Assembly (NCBI GenBank): GCA_965649765.1
Contig: OZ287756.1
Span: 67,146,001-67,210,000 of the forward strand
DNA: 64,000 nucleotides
Source: Bispira polyomma
Taxonomy: Eukaryota
Direction of reading: 5' to 3'
Part shown: positions 14,300-27,400 of the stretch, one piece after another
Numbering within the stretch: position 1 is the stretch's first letter
How the letters are laid out: every line of letters starts with the position of its first letter
Position numbers and translations under genes: made by a program
The notes under the pieces: model-generated
Told to the model about the DNA's origin: nothing
The model's database searches: none
The model's input: only the letters and a program-made list of their open reading frames with translations

Positions 14300-16270
14300 C
14301 ATTACCCCCAATGGGCAGCTGGTTTGCTGAACAACTCGCTGTTATTTACTGATCCAGCATTGATGAAAAGTATGGTACAGCAAGTAATACAGACACAAAG
14401 GTACACAGCCACTCATCCCTGGCTGGTGTGTCGCACCGTATGGAGCCACGGTATGCAGGAAGTGGAGGAAGGGCATTTAATTTGGGACGATATCACCCAA
14501 TGGTCACTGACGAGCTTAAGTGCTTCACAAATGGCACTGGTAGGCAACAACAGTGTCAATTATAGCAATAAATCTACTAGGGGCAAACAGAATTAGTTTA
14601 AGACAATATGTGAATTATATAACAATGGGAAATGCTCTTACAAAGCTGATCACTGGAATTATCTACACGTATGTTAGCACTACTCAAAATAGTCAAGTAA
14701 AGATGCAGCGCATCCTGAATTCAAATGCTTAAAGTGAAATTTGAACAAACAAACAAGTAAATAACTGTGTCAACCAAAAGCAAATAACTAAATGTGAATA
14801 TTATGAAAATTCTAAAAACATTAAAAATGATAGATTAGTGAAAACTTTTGGCAACAACGTGTACATGCAGGTATTAAGTAGCATGTCAGGGAAAAATTGT
14901 AAATATATGTAACAAACATCGTCCTCGTACAACCCGTAAACTGCCAAAATTTTCAGAATTTCGCTGAGAAAAATTGGGAAATTATCATAGCCTAATGTTT
15001 TTAACTGTTTTAAATGACATTGAAAGTACCCAATACAGAAGACACTAAATAGATGCAAACAAGCTGATCAAGGCTGGGGTTACTATTTTTGATCAGATAC
15101 ACGAAGATAATAAGGTGGGATGTTGGTGGTGTGATCCTCTTAGTCCAATCAGGTTCCTAGATAAGGAAATCCTAGAGCTCACATGGACTACCTATGCTGT
15201 CCCAAGTTAGGATTCATAAGGCCATGCTTTCTCTTTGTTTTTAGTCAGTGATTGGAATAGGCCTGTTTTATGTCAAAAAGTTTTGGAAACTTATTTAATC
15301 AAAGGTAGGGTATTTAAAATGTATTAGATATTGATTATCATATTTTGGAAGGGCTTGGGGGTATTTGGGTTATAATGACAATGGGTTATTTAGGGCCTAA
15401 TTTTGACCTCAATAATTTTAACTAATCTTGAAAACTCCCATAATATTTTATTATGTTCCCTTTTGGAGCTCATTCTGGGCTATACTAAACCTGTTCCCCT
15501 CTTATCAACCTTAGAACAAATATTATTTTCTGTAATTCAGTATCATGGTACCAGAGGGCAGCTGGGAAACTGGGCTGGAAAGAAACTCCTTTTTATCTAT
15601 CGATTCGATGACACCCCTCCCTAGCTACAGGTGGGTAAGTTTGGAAAGAAGTGCATCATCTCATCTTTTATTTATCATTTTATTTTTTATTTATCATTAC
15701 TACTTTTGCACTGGCCCCGGTAGTTCCGGACGGTGGGCCAGCAGGTGAATGTACCCATCCAAAAGTTTGATATCTATTAGTTTCACCTTGGTCAACTATC
15801 ATGGGTTGGCAGGAATTTATTTGTCGGTTTGTCTACACTTTTCTGTCCGTTTCCTTCCCTGGGTTCACCTTGGTTATCTGCTCCTGGTCTGGGTGGAGTG
15901 ATTCCAGGAGAGTAGCCTGTCATTAGGGTCACTTCCCTGGGGTCCCACCCTTGGAGGAGGGAAATCATGTGTGGGCTAGAACATTGAGCAAGAGCAACCC
16001 TCCCTACATCAGCCCCTATTTATTTGGTATCTGGTTTAGGGAATGGTAGATTCATTAATTGTGTTTGGTTTCCTCTGAATTGCTTGCACAAATTAGTTTA
16101 AGTTTGCTATTGTGTTTCATGTTGTGACATTCCGGTGGGTTGTCCTGTATGTTTAATTATTTAGTTTTATAATGTTGTGTGTTTCATGTTGTGGCATGTC
16201 ATTGGGCTGTCCCATATGCTTGTGCCCTGTAAAAAGCTGTTGGTTACTGAAATACCATGCGCATTCAAAG
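14300..16270 (+). mobile_element. Degenerate DIRS-group element fragment (gag piece, YR traces, terminal region)
   Basis: ORF 14324: PW..CRTVWSHGMQEVEEGHLIWDDITQWSLTSLSASQMAL resembles DIRS-type gag; weak YR traces at 15.05-15.3 kb. Confidence 0.55.
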
Positions 16271-16429
16271 TATTTAGTCTAAATGGCATCTTAAAACTAG
16301 TCTTTCATGGTCCCATCTGAACTATTGAAGTAATGGTAACGTCTTTTAATTCAAAATTTGGTTTATTTTGCCTCTTTTCAGTACTTTATTTATTCTAAAG
16401 GCCAGTTTTTAAGGCTGGTCATCCTGGGT

Positions 16430-17000
16430 CTCAAAAGTTTTATTCTAGCCTGTTTAGGGCTCCACGTTTTTAATTTACATTCTCGTATGTTTGAGTTCAA
16501 ATGTCTATAATATATATAATATAAATATATAATTTTATTCTAGCCTGCTCAGGGCTCAACATTTAATTCACTTTCCCAGATGTTTGAGCCCAGGTATCTA
16601 TAATATAGTATAAAGTTTTATTCTAGCCTGTCCAGGTTTCAACGTTTAATTCCCATTTTCATATGTTCAGTTCAAATGTCTATAGCATGTATAAGTATAA
16701 GTGTAAAGTTTGTATTATAGCCTGTTAAGGGCTCAATGTTTAATTCACTTTCTCTTATGTTTGAGCCCAAATGTCTGTAACATATATAGTACAAATATAA
16801 AGTTTTCTTCTAGCCTGTAAAGGGTTCAACCTTTAATTCCCATTTTCATATGTTCAGTTCAAATGTCTATAACAGATATAAGTATAAATAGAAAGTATTT
16901 ATTCTAGCCTGTTAAGGGCTCAATGGTTAATTTACATTTGTTTTTATATTGAGTCCAAGTGTCCCAAAAAAATAAGTATAAAGTATTATCCTAGCGTGTT
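16430..17000. repeat. Tandem repeat, ~83-95-bp unit, about 6 copies
   Basis: TATTCTAGCCTG..AGGGCTCAA..TTTAATT..CAAATGTCTATA recurs near 16441, 16536, 16619, 16714, 16806, 16900 and 16986. Confidence 0.92.
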
Positions 17001-17744
17001 CACTACCATATTTACTTTTTTTTACTATTTTTAAAATACATTGTTATGCATCAATTATTGTGTTTTTACTACTGTGTTTAAGTTATTTAAAACAGCTCAT
17101 CGATTTAATGATCTAAGCTTTGACCAACACTTGAAATGAGTTAAGTTAAATGTTACCTTGACATTTAAGGCAAATGACCTGGACCTTTATGCAAAGCTGT
17201 CCATATAATCTAACTTTTGTAGCACCTATCTCTGTGCTAGTAGATTCTAAGGCACGAGAGACAGATAATCATTCAGTAATTTAAAATAACCATTGGTTGT
17301 ACAGGGCTGTACATTCTTGGTTGATTGACAGCGTGTGAAAATTATTTCAGTAATTTCATATAACCATTGAATGTACGGAGTTACTGCTCTACAAGTAACT
17401 GTTGTTCTTTCTTGATAAGTTTAAGTAACCCTCAGTTGTCAGTACAGACTACCTAGAAACATCACTGTGATAAAGTAGTTGTAATAAAGTAGTTTATGAA
17501 AGTTGGGTAATGAGAGTACTCATATTGTTCACCTGGGTAAGGGCTTGGTAGGCAGTCAGTAAATTGTATTTGCCAGTGGAGCCATGGTGGTGATAGAGTA
17601 CCAATACCTGTGGGCATGGGCTTGTTGGGATAATTGTGGGATAGGGAAACACCACAACTTGGCTTTAATCTTCTTAACTTTACATCAGGACATGAACATA
17701 TTGCATGCTATATTTATGAATCCTGTAGTAATAGGGAACGAGTT

Positions 17745-17750
17745 TTTATT
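17745..17750 (-). terminator. Candidate polyadenylation signal AATAAA of the receptor gene
   Basis: First AATAAA I see on the minus strand after the stop (~350 nt). The background is AT-rich, so this is weak. Confidence 0.3.
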
Positions 17751-18096
17751 GATAAAATGTAGAGCATATAGTAGTATTTATGAAAAGAAAATCATAGATG
17801 TTTATATACTTCAAACTGTACATAACCATACACAATAAGAAATATTAAAAAATTACAGATGAGAGTGACATTGTACAATATTATTGTTGTTAGAAAAAGG
17901 CACATGGAAACGTTAAAAATACAGACATGCTTTAAACTGTACACAATTATAGCTTTAGGAAATATTATACTGACATTATACAGTATTATTATTAGAATAA
18001 AACATATGCAAATGCTAAATCTTAAAGACAAGGCATCCTATGTGGCACATAGCCATCCTCCGTCATATACAAGTTAATATTCGCTTCCATACACCT

Positions 18097-18434
18097 TTAC
18101 TTTCTCAGGTTCTGGTAAGGCTGGTTCAAGTCCATTTCCAGTTCTGTTGGATCTAAATTTTCATATGTCCCGCCAACATTTTTAATTTCATGTAGATCCA
18201 GAGAGACATCTTCATAGTTGTCGTCTGCATTCAGATTACTCTCTGCCATTCGGATATCAGCTTTATGAGCCCCATTCACATACACAGGTGGTTGTTCTGA
18301 TGTTTGTTCGCGCTGGGTATGATTTCTATGACTTTCACAGGTTGTGTGTCTTTTCCATAGGAATACAATGGTACAACCAAGACACAGAGCTGCAAATATT
18401 GCTACTAGCACAGCTAATGCAACGACTACTGCAC
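18097..18434 (-). CDS. Exon 12: transmembrane helix and cytoplasmic tail with Tyr motifs
   Basis: GAVVVALAVLVAIFAALCLGCTIVFLW-KRH, then YVN, YEDV, YENL, YQNL and stop TAA; acceptor ttctaaacag. Confidence 0.92.
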
Positions 18435-21400
18435 CTGTTTAGAAGAATATATACATACAATAAAAAATGTTAATAAAAACCATAGTCAAATGTCTGCATA
18501 AGTTGAAGATAATGTAATACAATCTCAACATATATGATTATCAATATAATAGGAAGACAGGTAACCCATAATAAAGCTAATATCCTGTTGAAGAAGGTTA
18601 TGTACTATACAAAATAAATGGTGATTTTTAGAGATGTGGCTCTAAAGGAAGTGGCAACTTAGTGTATCCATATTTGTATTAATGCTATTAATTTCGCTGT
18701 ATACACATACGCTATTTTATACCTACATAGTATGCCTTACAATAATACACACACAAACTTTATTCTTCAATTCAAATAATTTGTTTTCATAAAATATTTA
18801 TATCATATTGATTCAGCAAGTGGATCTTTAATGTAACATACTTTAAATTTAATTTGTGGCATATCTTGCATATAACTAAGCCATTAAGTCGATACAGAAC
18901 TACTAATGCAGGGTGATTTTTCGCCCAGACAGTCGCATCACTGTCACTCCCTTCTCTATTTCAGTAACCTACAAAGAGGCAATAGACTATGTTTATTATG
19001 TTAAACCCTCCAGAAAGGCTGGATCCAAAGCTTTTTCCATTTCAGCTCCCTTGGTTTAGAACACTCTTCCAGTCAACCTCAGATCATCAGACACACTTAT
19101 TGGTTTTTAGATATTTTTAACATGGCCTTCCCACCGTAGTTTCCCTCCTGTACACACCCACATCATTCCTTGCTATGTCCATAGATCTCACGATTGGATC
19201 ACTGTTCTACTGTTGTGCTTTAGAAAATGTCTGGCATAAATAAAGTGTTAAAAATGCATAATAATTTGTACGTGATATGTATGCTACAAATGGAATATAT
19301 ATAGCTATATATAGCTAACTTAGACATCAATTATGTTGAAAGTTCAAAAGATATTGCCTTGTTCTTTAATCTGTTGTTGTTTAACATCACACTTCTCTCC
19401 AGTCCAGCCTTCCTCACATCCAGCTCTACAAGAACCGTCCACATGGTGGCAAGTGCTTTTGCAGTTAGAAAAACATTGAGACAGACACTTTACACCAAAT
19501 GTACCAGGTGGACATTCTGTAAAAAAAGACATGATAATCAATATGTAATAATATAGATTAGTTTAGTTTGAGTTGAATATCATGTTTTCACCATCAAGGC
19601 CCTATTAAGTTTAAGATAATGGAATATTGAAACTTGATGTCAGAAAAAATCACTCCAAATTTAAATTAAATCCCAACAAAACTGAACAAAATCACTGCAA
19701 ATATTTTGTTTAGGCTAAATATTATTGCATCTAAATTTTATTGTCAATTCAAAACTATTTATCTAGGGCCATTTTTGTAAGGGTATTTACACATAAGTTA
19801 CTCCATACCTTCAACAATGACATCGGTTTCATGATATATTTTGTTCAAAATCCATGACACCACTTTTAAAGCTATTGAGTGCTATCTAATCTAATCTAAT
19901 CTAGTCGTACTTTTATAGCGTTTAATCTTTATACAACAAATTCTAAGGCGCAACAAGCCCAAAACATTAATTAAAAATCAAAAATAGTGGGTGGATGGAA
20001 GTCATAACCAGGAAAACTACCGGAATGGTTACGACGGCTAAGGTGGAAAAGCCTGTTCAAATAGGTAAGCCTTCAGCTTACTCCTGAAAGAGGAGAAAGT
20101 TCGAGCCAGGCGAACATGATAAGGTAGGCTGTTCCAAATGAGGGGGCCATCAGGAGCTAGGCAGTGATTGAACTAAACTTTGGATTTGTGAATGTGAAGG
20201 TCGATAGTGGGAATGTTAAGGTATGATTTATCAGGGTTTCTGCGCCTTGTCCTGACTGAGCATGTATATTTGGATAGATGGGGGCTAAAATAAGTGGGTA
20301 ATCCAGAATTTAGAAATTTATGCATAATTGTTGCTCTTTTGAAAGCAACACAATATTTTATTGGAAGCCAATGCAGTGACTTGAGTGCAGGAGTAATATG
20401 GGAAAATTTAGAAGTTTTGGTTACAATACGTGCCAGTGAGTGTTGAATATTCTGAAGGCATCTGAGATCAATGCGATATGAGGAATGGAACAGAGAGTTG
20501 AAGTAATCAAGCCAACTGCTTACCAAAGCATTGACAACAGTAATTGCAGTGGATTTGGAAAGATAGCGTCGAATCCGACTGAAATCACGGAGGCCAAAAA
20601 ATCATGATCTACACACCGATGCAACATGGTTAGAGAAGGAGAATTCAGAGCCGAACAACACACCCAGGTTGCGTACTTTGTCAGCTGGAAAAAGCCTGCT
20701 GCCAAGAATATCAAGTGGGAAACAGCTGGACAGTTTTTTCCGTTGCGACTTGGAGCCAAACAAAATGAACTTCTCAGGGTTCAGCTTGAGTTTATTTGCT
20801 GCCATCCAGTGTTGTACATCAACAAGGCAGTTTTGTAAGGAAGTGAAAACTGCCTGGGCAGAGTCAGGTGTAAGGTGGATGTACAGTTGGGTATCATCAG
20901 CATAGAAGTAAAAGTTGATGTTTTTGTATGCAGCAATAATCTTGCTGAGTGGAATGGTGTACATGAAAAACAAAATAGGACCTAGGACTGAACCTTGGGG
21001 AACACCAAATTTTAACCATGTTGTGTCGGATAAGATATTGCCAATATTGACCAATTGGAATCTATCAGACAAATATGCCGTGAATATAATTTTTGATGCA
21101 GAGTAGTGCAGTCTCAGTAGAATGACCACTTTTGTACGCTGACTGATACTTATTTAATAGATTGCTGATGTCAAGATGTTGTTGGATCTGTAAGGCAACT
21201 GCGAATTTCACCAACTTAGAAATATAGCAAAGGCCTGAGACAGGACAGTAATTTTTCAAGTCTGCCTTTGAAAGAGAAGGTTTTTTTTATTAAAGGAGTG
21301 ACAATGGCTTTTTTAAAATCATTTGGAAAGGCGCCATTTACTAACGAGAGGTTGATAAGTTTTGTGACTGAAGGCAATAAAATGTCAATACAATCCTTAA

Positions 21401-24400
21401 CAAGGAATGTGGGCCACGGATCTAGCAGGCTTCTTCAATGTCTTTAATTTACATGGCGCATGGCATTCTATAAGTTATTGCAGGACGGCGCAATACTGTG
21501 TGTATAGGTCAGCGGCATTATTAGCAGTAGACTTGACAAAGGCCATATCTGGCAACTCTCGTCCAAGGTCAGACATATTGTTTTTTTCCAAATTGCCAAA
21601 AAGTGATTTGTATGACATCAAATGATGGTGTGGATGGAGCATCAATTTCGCAGGATATTGAAAAATGATCACTGATGCAACCAATGTTTTTTATGTTTCT
21701 GATACTATTGAAATCAGTCAGAGTTAGCAGGCAGTCTAGCGTATGCCCATGAATATGGGTAGGGAAGTTTATGTGTTGGATGAGATTGCAAGATTCCAGA
21801 ACTGTGGAGAACCGATTACTATTTCAACATGTAGTGTCTATGTGGAAAATAAAATCCCCACAGAATACAGTGGGAGAGGGTAAGGGGCAAGTAAACCCAA
21901 CAAAAGACATGAATTCTTTGAAAAATGTAGTGAGATTTGAGCTAGGAGGCCGATAAACTGTTGTAAAATTTAAACAGTGGTTTTTCCAGTTAGCAGAAAC
22001 AAGGATGAGTTCGAAAGATGTAAAACTTGGTGAGCAAGTAATTGACATTCATAGTTCTTCTTGAAAAAAAATCCCACCCTGTTTACCTACACAAGGGGTA
22101 TGGAATAGTTGAAAGTCAGCTGAGGTAAGTTCAGAGAGGAACGATGGAGTATCAGAACTCCTAATATGTGTTTCTGTGGTGCTGAAAATATCTATGGAGG
22201 ATGAGTCGATCAAATTGGCTATGACAGGGCCTTTATTCCTCAAGGAGCGGGTAACTGATTGGGCAAAATTTAGACCGGGTAATTGATTGGGCAAAATTTA
22301 AACCGGTAATAGCTGTGTGTATGAAGAGACCAGAAGTGTGGGACCAGATGACAAGACAAATTGTTTTCTTCCAGGTGGTATTGCATTACCAATGTATCGG
22401 ATGGTTTGGAATTGTTGCGGTAGTAGAACAGAAGGAGGGACATGTACATGATGGCAGCTCTAATGACAAACATATTGTAAGGGGAGGAGTGAAATACAAG
22501 AATAACAAAGGTAAATTTATATAGTGGTAATGGGCAGTAATAGGTGATCGTTTTCAGTACAAAATGTGTACAAAACACAGAAAACAAAAAAAAAACAATA
22601 ATGAACAAAGGTAAATATATATAGTGGTAAAAAGGCGATGATAGGTGATCGTTTTCAGTACAAAAGGTGAGAAAACAACAACAGACAATATATATATATA
22701 GTGGTAATGGGCTATAATAGGAGATCGCTTTCCGTTTTACCCAAACTGCATAAAAAAAGAAATGTTGCACAAAGATTAAACATAAAATGACAAAAAGATT
22801 GTATGCTAACTTGTGAGGAATAATTTTGAGCAAATAAAGCCGAAACGTGGGTATAACAGACTAGATTATGTTGAATTTTCAAATTTCCGATGAGATGCCG
22901 ATGAGATGCCGCCTATGATGTAGAATTGTCTTCCAGTTTATTTCATATCTTAAAAAACACATTACAGGTTAAGAAAACTTAACCTCCCCCCCCCCCACCT
23001 TCTTATTTCTGGCTGTATACAGGCTACATCGTTCTGACATCCTGTCTATGTTTTTGGACTGCACAATTGGAATATTGATTCAGTTCTTGAACTTTAGAAG
23101 ATAGCTTGAATCAATAGCTGTGTTAAAATACTCAATATAATCACATGTAACAACACTGTTATCATAACAGTATACCCATATTTAATTAAAATAATATGAC
23201 AACAGCTAACAATCGAAACCTATAAAACATAACCTTATATTTAGCAGTTCCAAAAAAATGTAAAGTTTGTAATTTGAAAAATTGCAAAAGGTTTACGACT
23301 TTGTAAGGTCAAAGATGTAACCACGGTGATGTAGTTCTTATCTTTATGTTAAGGGTATGTTGCCTTACAAGTTTGAGACCTGTTTTGCTGAACACAGTAA
23401 AATAAGGTTTGAGAATTTTATTGTACAGATTAGTAAGGCTTTTATTGACGATACAAAAGTTTCATAGATGGATACATTTAAAATTTTACTAATAATTTTA
23501 AAAGGAAGAACATAACAAAAATGAAAAATAGTAGTTATACATAATTAAAATAGTTACCACATATATTGCTATCGTTATCAGTATAGCTATTGAGTCATTT
23601 ATATCTAATGTAGCGTTTAATTAATGGACTAGGTTAACATATGATAACACGTTTGTAGGACTAGCCACAACCAAGGCAATATTGAGCTTCTTAACAAGCC
23701 TTGATTATAGGCATTACAAATCTAATTATCATTTTGTAACGGTTAAAAAGTTTGTGTGACATATCAGATCAATTATGTCAAGTGAAATTACTTATACTTA
23801 GCAAATTTCTTGTTTCAAAATTATGCACTCAACAGTATCATCCACGAGTAGTCAAGATTTAGAACTCAGGGCCTAAGACACCTAATTGCCTAGCAGCGGT
23901 CGGATCCTGCTTCGCAGCGCCCTTATTCTACCCAGGAACCCTGAGGCGGTGAACTCAGGGAGGAGGGTAGGATGATGGGATTCGCCTCCACACAGCCTTG
24001 GATTCAAATCCGCAATTTGTGATGGTGATATTATTTAACATTAGGTCAATAAGCACTCAGTTCGTGAGAATACTGCAAAAGTGTTACAGTGAGTCTCGTC
24101 CTAGGTCCAATAACTTATTTTTACACTTTGGCAATCACCTTAATACAGAGTTCTAATAAAACCATCCCTAGCTTTAAAATAATCTTCTATTTGGTGGTAA
24201 TAAAAAGGGAAGGGGGTTGGTTGAAGTCATATGCGTGTCACCTTCAGTATCAAAATTCAATATGGAGGATTTTTTAGTAAATTGGTTAGTTCCGGTAGCA
24301 TTGGTCCCGATAGGGTAACAGCATTAGACAGAGGAAGCTGAATATGCCTAAATATTAAGATGGTAGTTAAATTGTTGTGAACTGATGTAGCAGGCCCTTA

Positions 24401-27400
24401 TGTTGCCGTGCTTAATTAACACAATCCCCAAAAATATAAAGTTTTTTAATTTTGAAAAATAGCAAAAGGTTGATGACCATGTAAGGTCTAAGATATAAGA
24501 GGTCAAAGGTAGGTTGCCTTAAAAGTTTGAGAGCTGTTTTGCTGAACACAATAAAGAAAGTTGAACATTTTATTATGTACATTTTAGTAAGGCTATATAC
24601 ACGGTAAAAAGTATCACAAGGGTATCAATTTAAAATTTTAATAAGAATTTTAAAACTCCAAAGCAAAACAAAGAACATTTCGAAATAACAGAGGCAAAAT
24701 AAGGGTTACCACTGAAGCAGCATTGCAAGCTTAATTAAGGTATATCCATACTGCTAAAGATATCCATAATCATTGTGACATTATATTTGGAAGGGAAACT
24801 TTGTTTCTAAAAGCAAAAGTGGCGTCAGATATGTGACATGTGTGGAAACTATGTGGTTGTACTGGTATGCCTAAATGAGTGAGTACTTTCCTGAGAGCAT
24901 TTTTAACATGTTAATCTACAATAGTATTATGTGGAGGTGTACAGGCTGCAAATAGTGAGGCAGTATGAAAAAAGAATCAAGAGTTAAGCAAGTTTTTCAG
25001 TGCTGTAACTGTTCACAACACCTTATTTTCATGATGTGTGACTGATCCCTATTCTGTAAGTTATTGGCCCATTTTATGATAATGTGGGCCCCTGATAGGC
25101 CAAATATAATATCCTTCCGAAGTAAATGTCTGGAAGGGTCAAATTTTAAAGTAGAATGTTATGCCAGATTGGACATCCTGGGGGAATTTGAAAAATGTCA
25201 AAACGAAAATTGGCCTATATAATGCTCTATATAATGGTGGATCTGACTTCTCAATTAAAACTAGAAAAAATCTGGATTTGTGACCTGTGCCCCCTTATAA
25301 ATGGATTTTGAGATAAATCACAAGGTTTGGTAGTCTACCGATTGCAAAATTACAAGATCCATCTTGCCAATCGGGATCGAGGTAGCGACCTATTGGGATC
25401 AAGGTAACGACCTTTCGAGGATGACAATGACCTATCTGTATGATCGTAAGTGGTTGTAATGACCTATCTTTGTCAATCAGGCGGATACATTGGGTTTGAA
25501 CGAGTCAAATCCCCGATCTTACAGGATCTATTGGGCCTTGCTCCCGACTTATCGTTATAATCTTTAACTAATACAATTATGGTCGTGTGATGTAAATTTT
25601 CCCACCAATTGTTTTTAGAATCGGGGCAAAATACTAACGATTCCTCCCGATCACACCTCCCAATAGATCTTGATAGTGGGACAGCCCCTTTAGGAGCACC
25701 ATATGAGAAACTATTATTGAAGTGCCTTTTTGACATATGAACTGATGGTACAAAAGGTAGGGACATATATAGGGAGACAAGGGCTGAAATGTCCTGAATT
25801 AAGGCTTTTGTAGATTAAGCAGCAGATTTGAATATTGCCCTTTATTATCACAATGTCGCTGTCACAAGGCAAGTTTGAAACTAGAAAAGTACTGACTTGT
25901 TACCATAGATAATTAGCTTTCAAAGCCTATTTAGAAAAGTGTAAAATTGAGTTGTATTTACAAGAATATTGTTTAAGGTTAATATTTTATATTAAAGACA
26001 AAAGACAATAAAACAAAATAATTTTTCAAAATTAGATAAAGTTTTTAATTATTATCCAATGTTTAAATGATCCATTAAAAAAATAATATGCAGTTTACAA
26101 TTTCTGAAGACCAAACAACCATTTTAGTCTTGGTCGATCTATTTGTTACATTTGCGTTTTTTGGGATTTACTACATTTGTGGTTATTACGTTTGTGGTTT
26201 CTCAATTTCTTACATTTGTGGCTATAACTTTTGAGATTACTACATTTGTTGTTGGACATTGCTACATTTGTGGTTATAGAAATCACACGTCTCTTAGTGA
26301 CATCCTTGGGCCAGGTTAACAACAACTTCCTTTAATGGGCCCAACATGACACCTTATGTTTTTTCTTTAGCCATTTTGTCACCAACTGCCGTTTTAAATT
26401 GCAGTGCACATTAATGGTTTTCAATAATGGTCTCATTCAGATTTGTAAGCGAAAGACAAAATTAAAATTTTAAATATTCGAGAAGTAATTGCTCCAGATG
26501 CAACCACAGTGCTTTCTCTAACTGGCTAATGTTAAGATCTGATTCTAAGGGTATGCAGACTTACAGCTTCCTCATAGTCTGAAAAAGGAACATATTGATT
26601 GAAACATCGGTGAGTACATTTATGTTATTTCCATTAACATTACAAATGCCTGTGTCAGTGCTATTGGTTACTTTGCAAACAGCAGTAATATCCATTTTAT
26701 TTATATCAATGTCAATATTACATATGTTAGTACTGGCAGTAAAACTAGTTGGACTACCAATAGTTTCATGACCATTACACTGTTCATTACTAGCGTTATT
26801 CCCCTGAGTTTGCTTATTCAAATTTGGTTCATAACATTTGTACTCTGAGTGGGAGCTATCTTTATGTACCGTTTGAGCACGGAACCAACAGTTATGTTTA
26901 TATTGTCCGTGGTCAGCCTTGTATGAGCATCGACTAGAGTTGAAAAGCTTACATATTGTCTTACCGTCTTGATTACTAAAACTATCTCTAGAATTTGAAT
27001 CCTAGAAACTTCTTCCACTTCAAGCATATTTACTGCCCATGGAATTTTAGTTAAAATTTATGCTGCGACTTTCAACATCAAGATTACTTGCTGAATGATC
27101 TCATTTTTGGTGGTAGGGTCAGGTAACTGAATAATATTGCTTAACTGTCCGGCCACCCACTGAGGAATAGAAAGTTTGTCAAATCCCGTAATCCAGCCTC
27201 CATTAGGTCACCTACGAGTGCGATCAGCGGACACAACATAAGTACAATTGAATCAACCAGAATTTTTACAAGCCAGTAGTTTACATGGTCCTGTGTACTG
27301 GACAGTTGATCATTTAAGACACAAACAATACTTTTCTTAAACTTGTCCACTTTGGCTTACCCCATGAACTTCTTTGAAGACTGCTTCCTTAACTTTAAGT

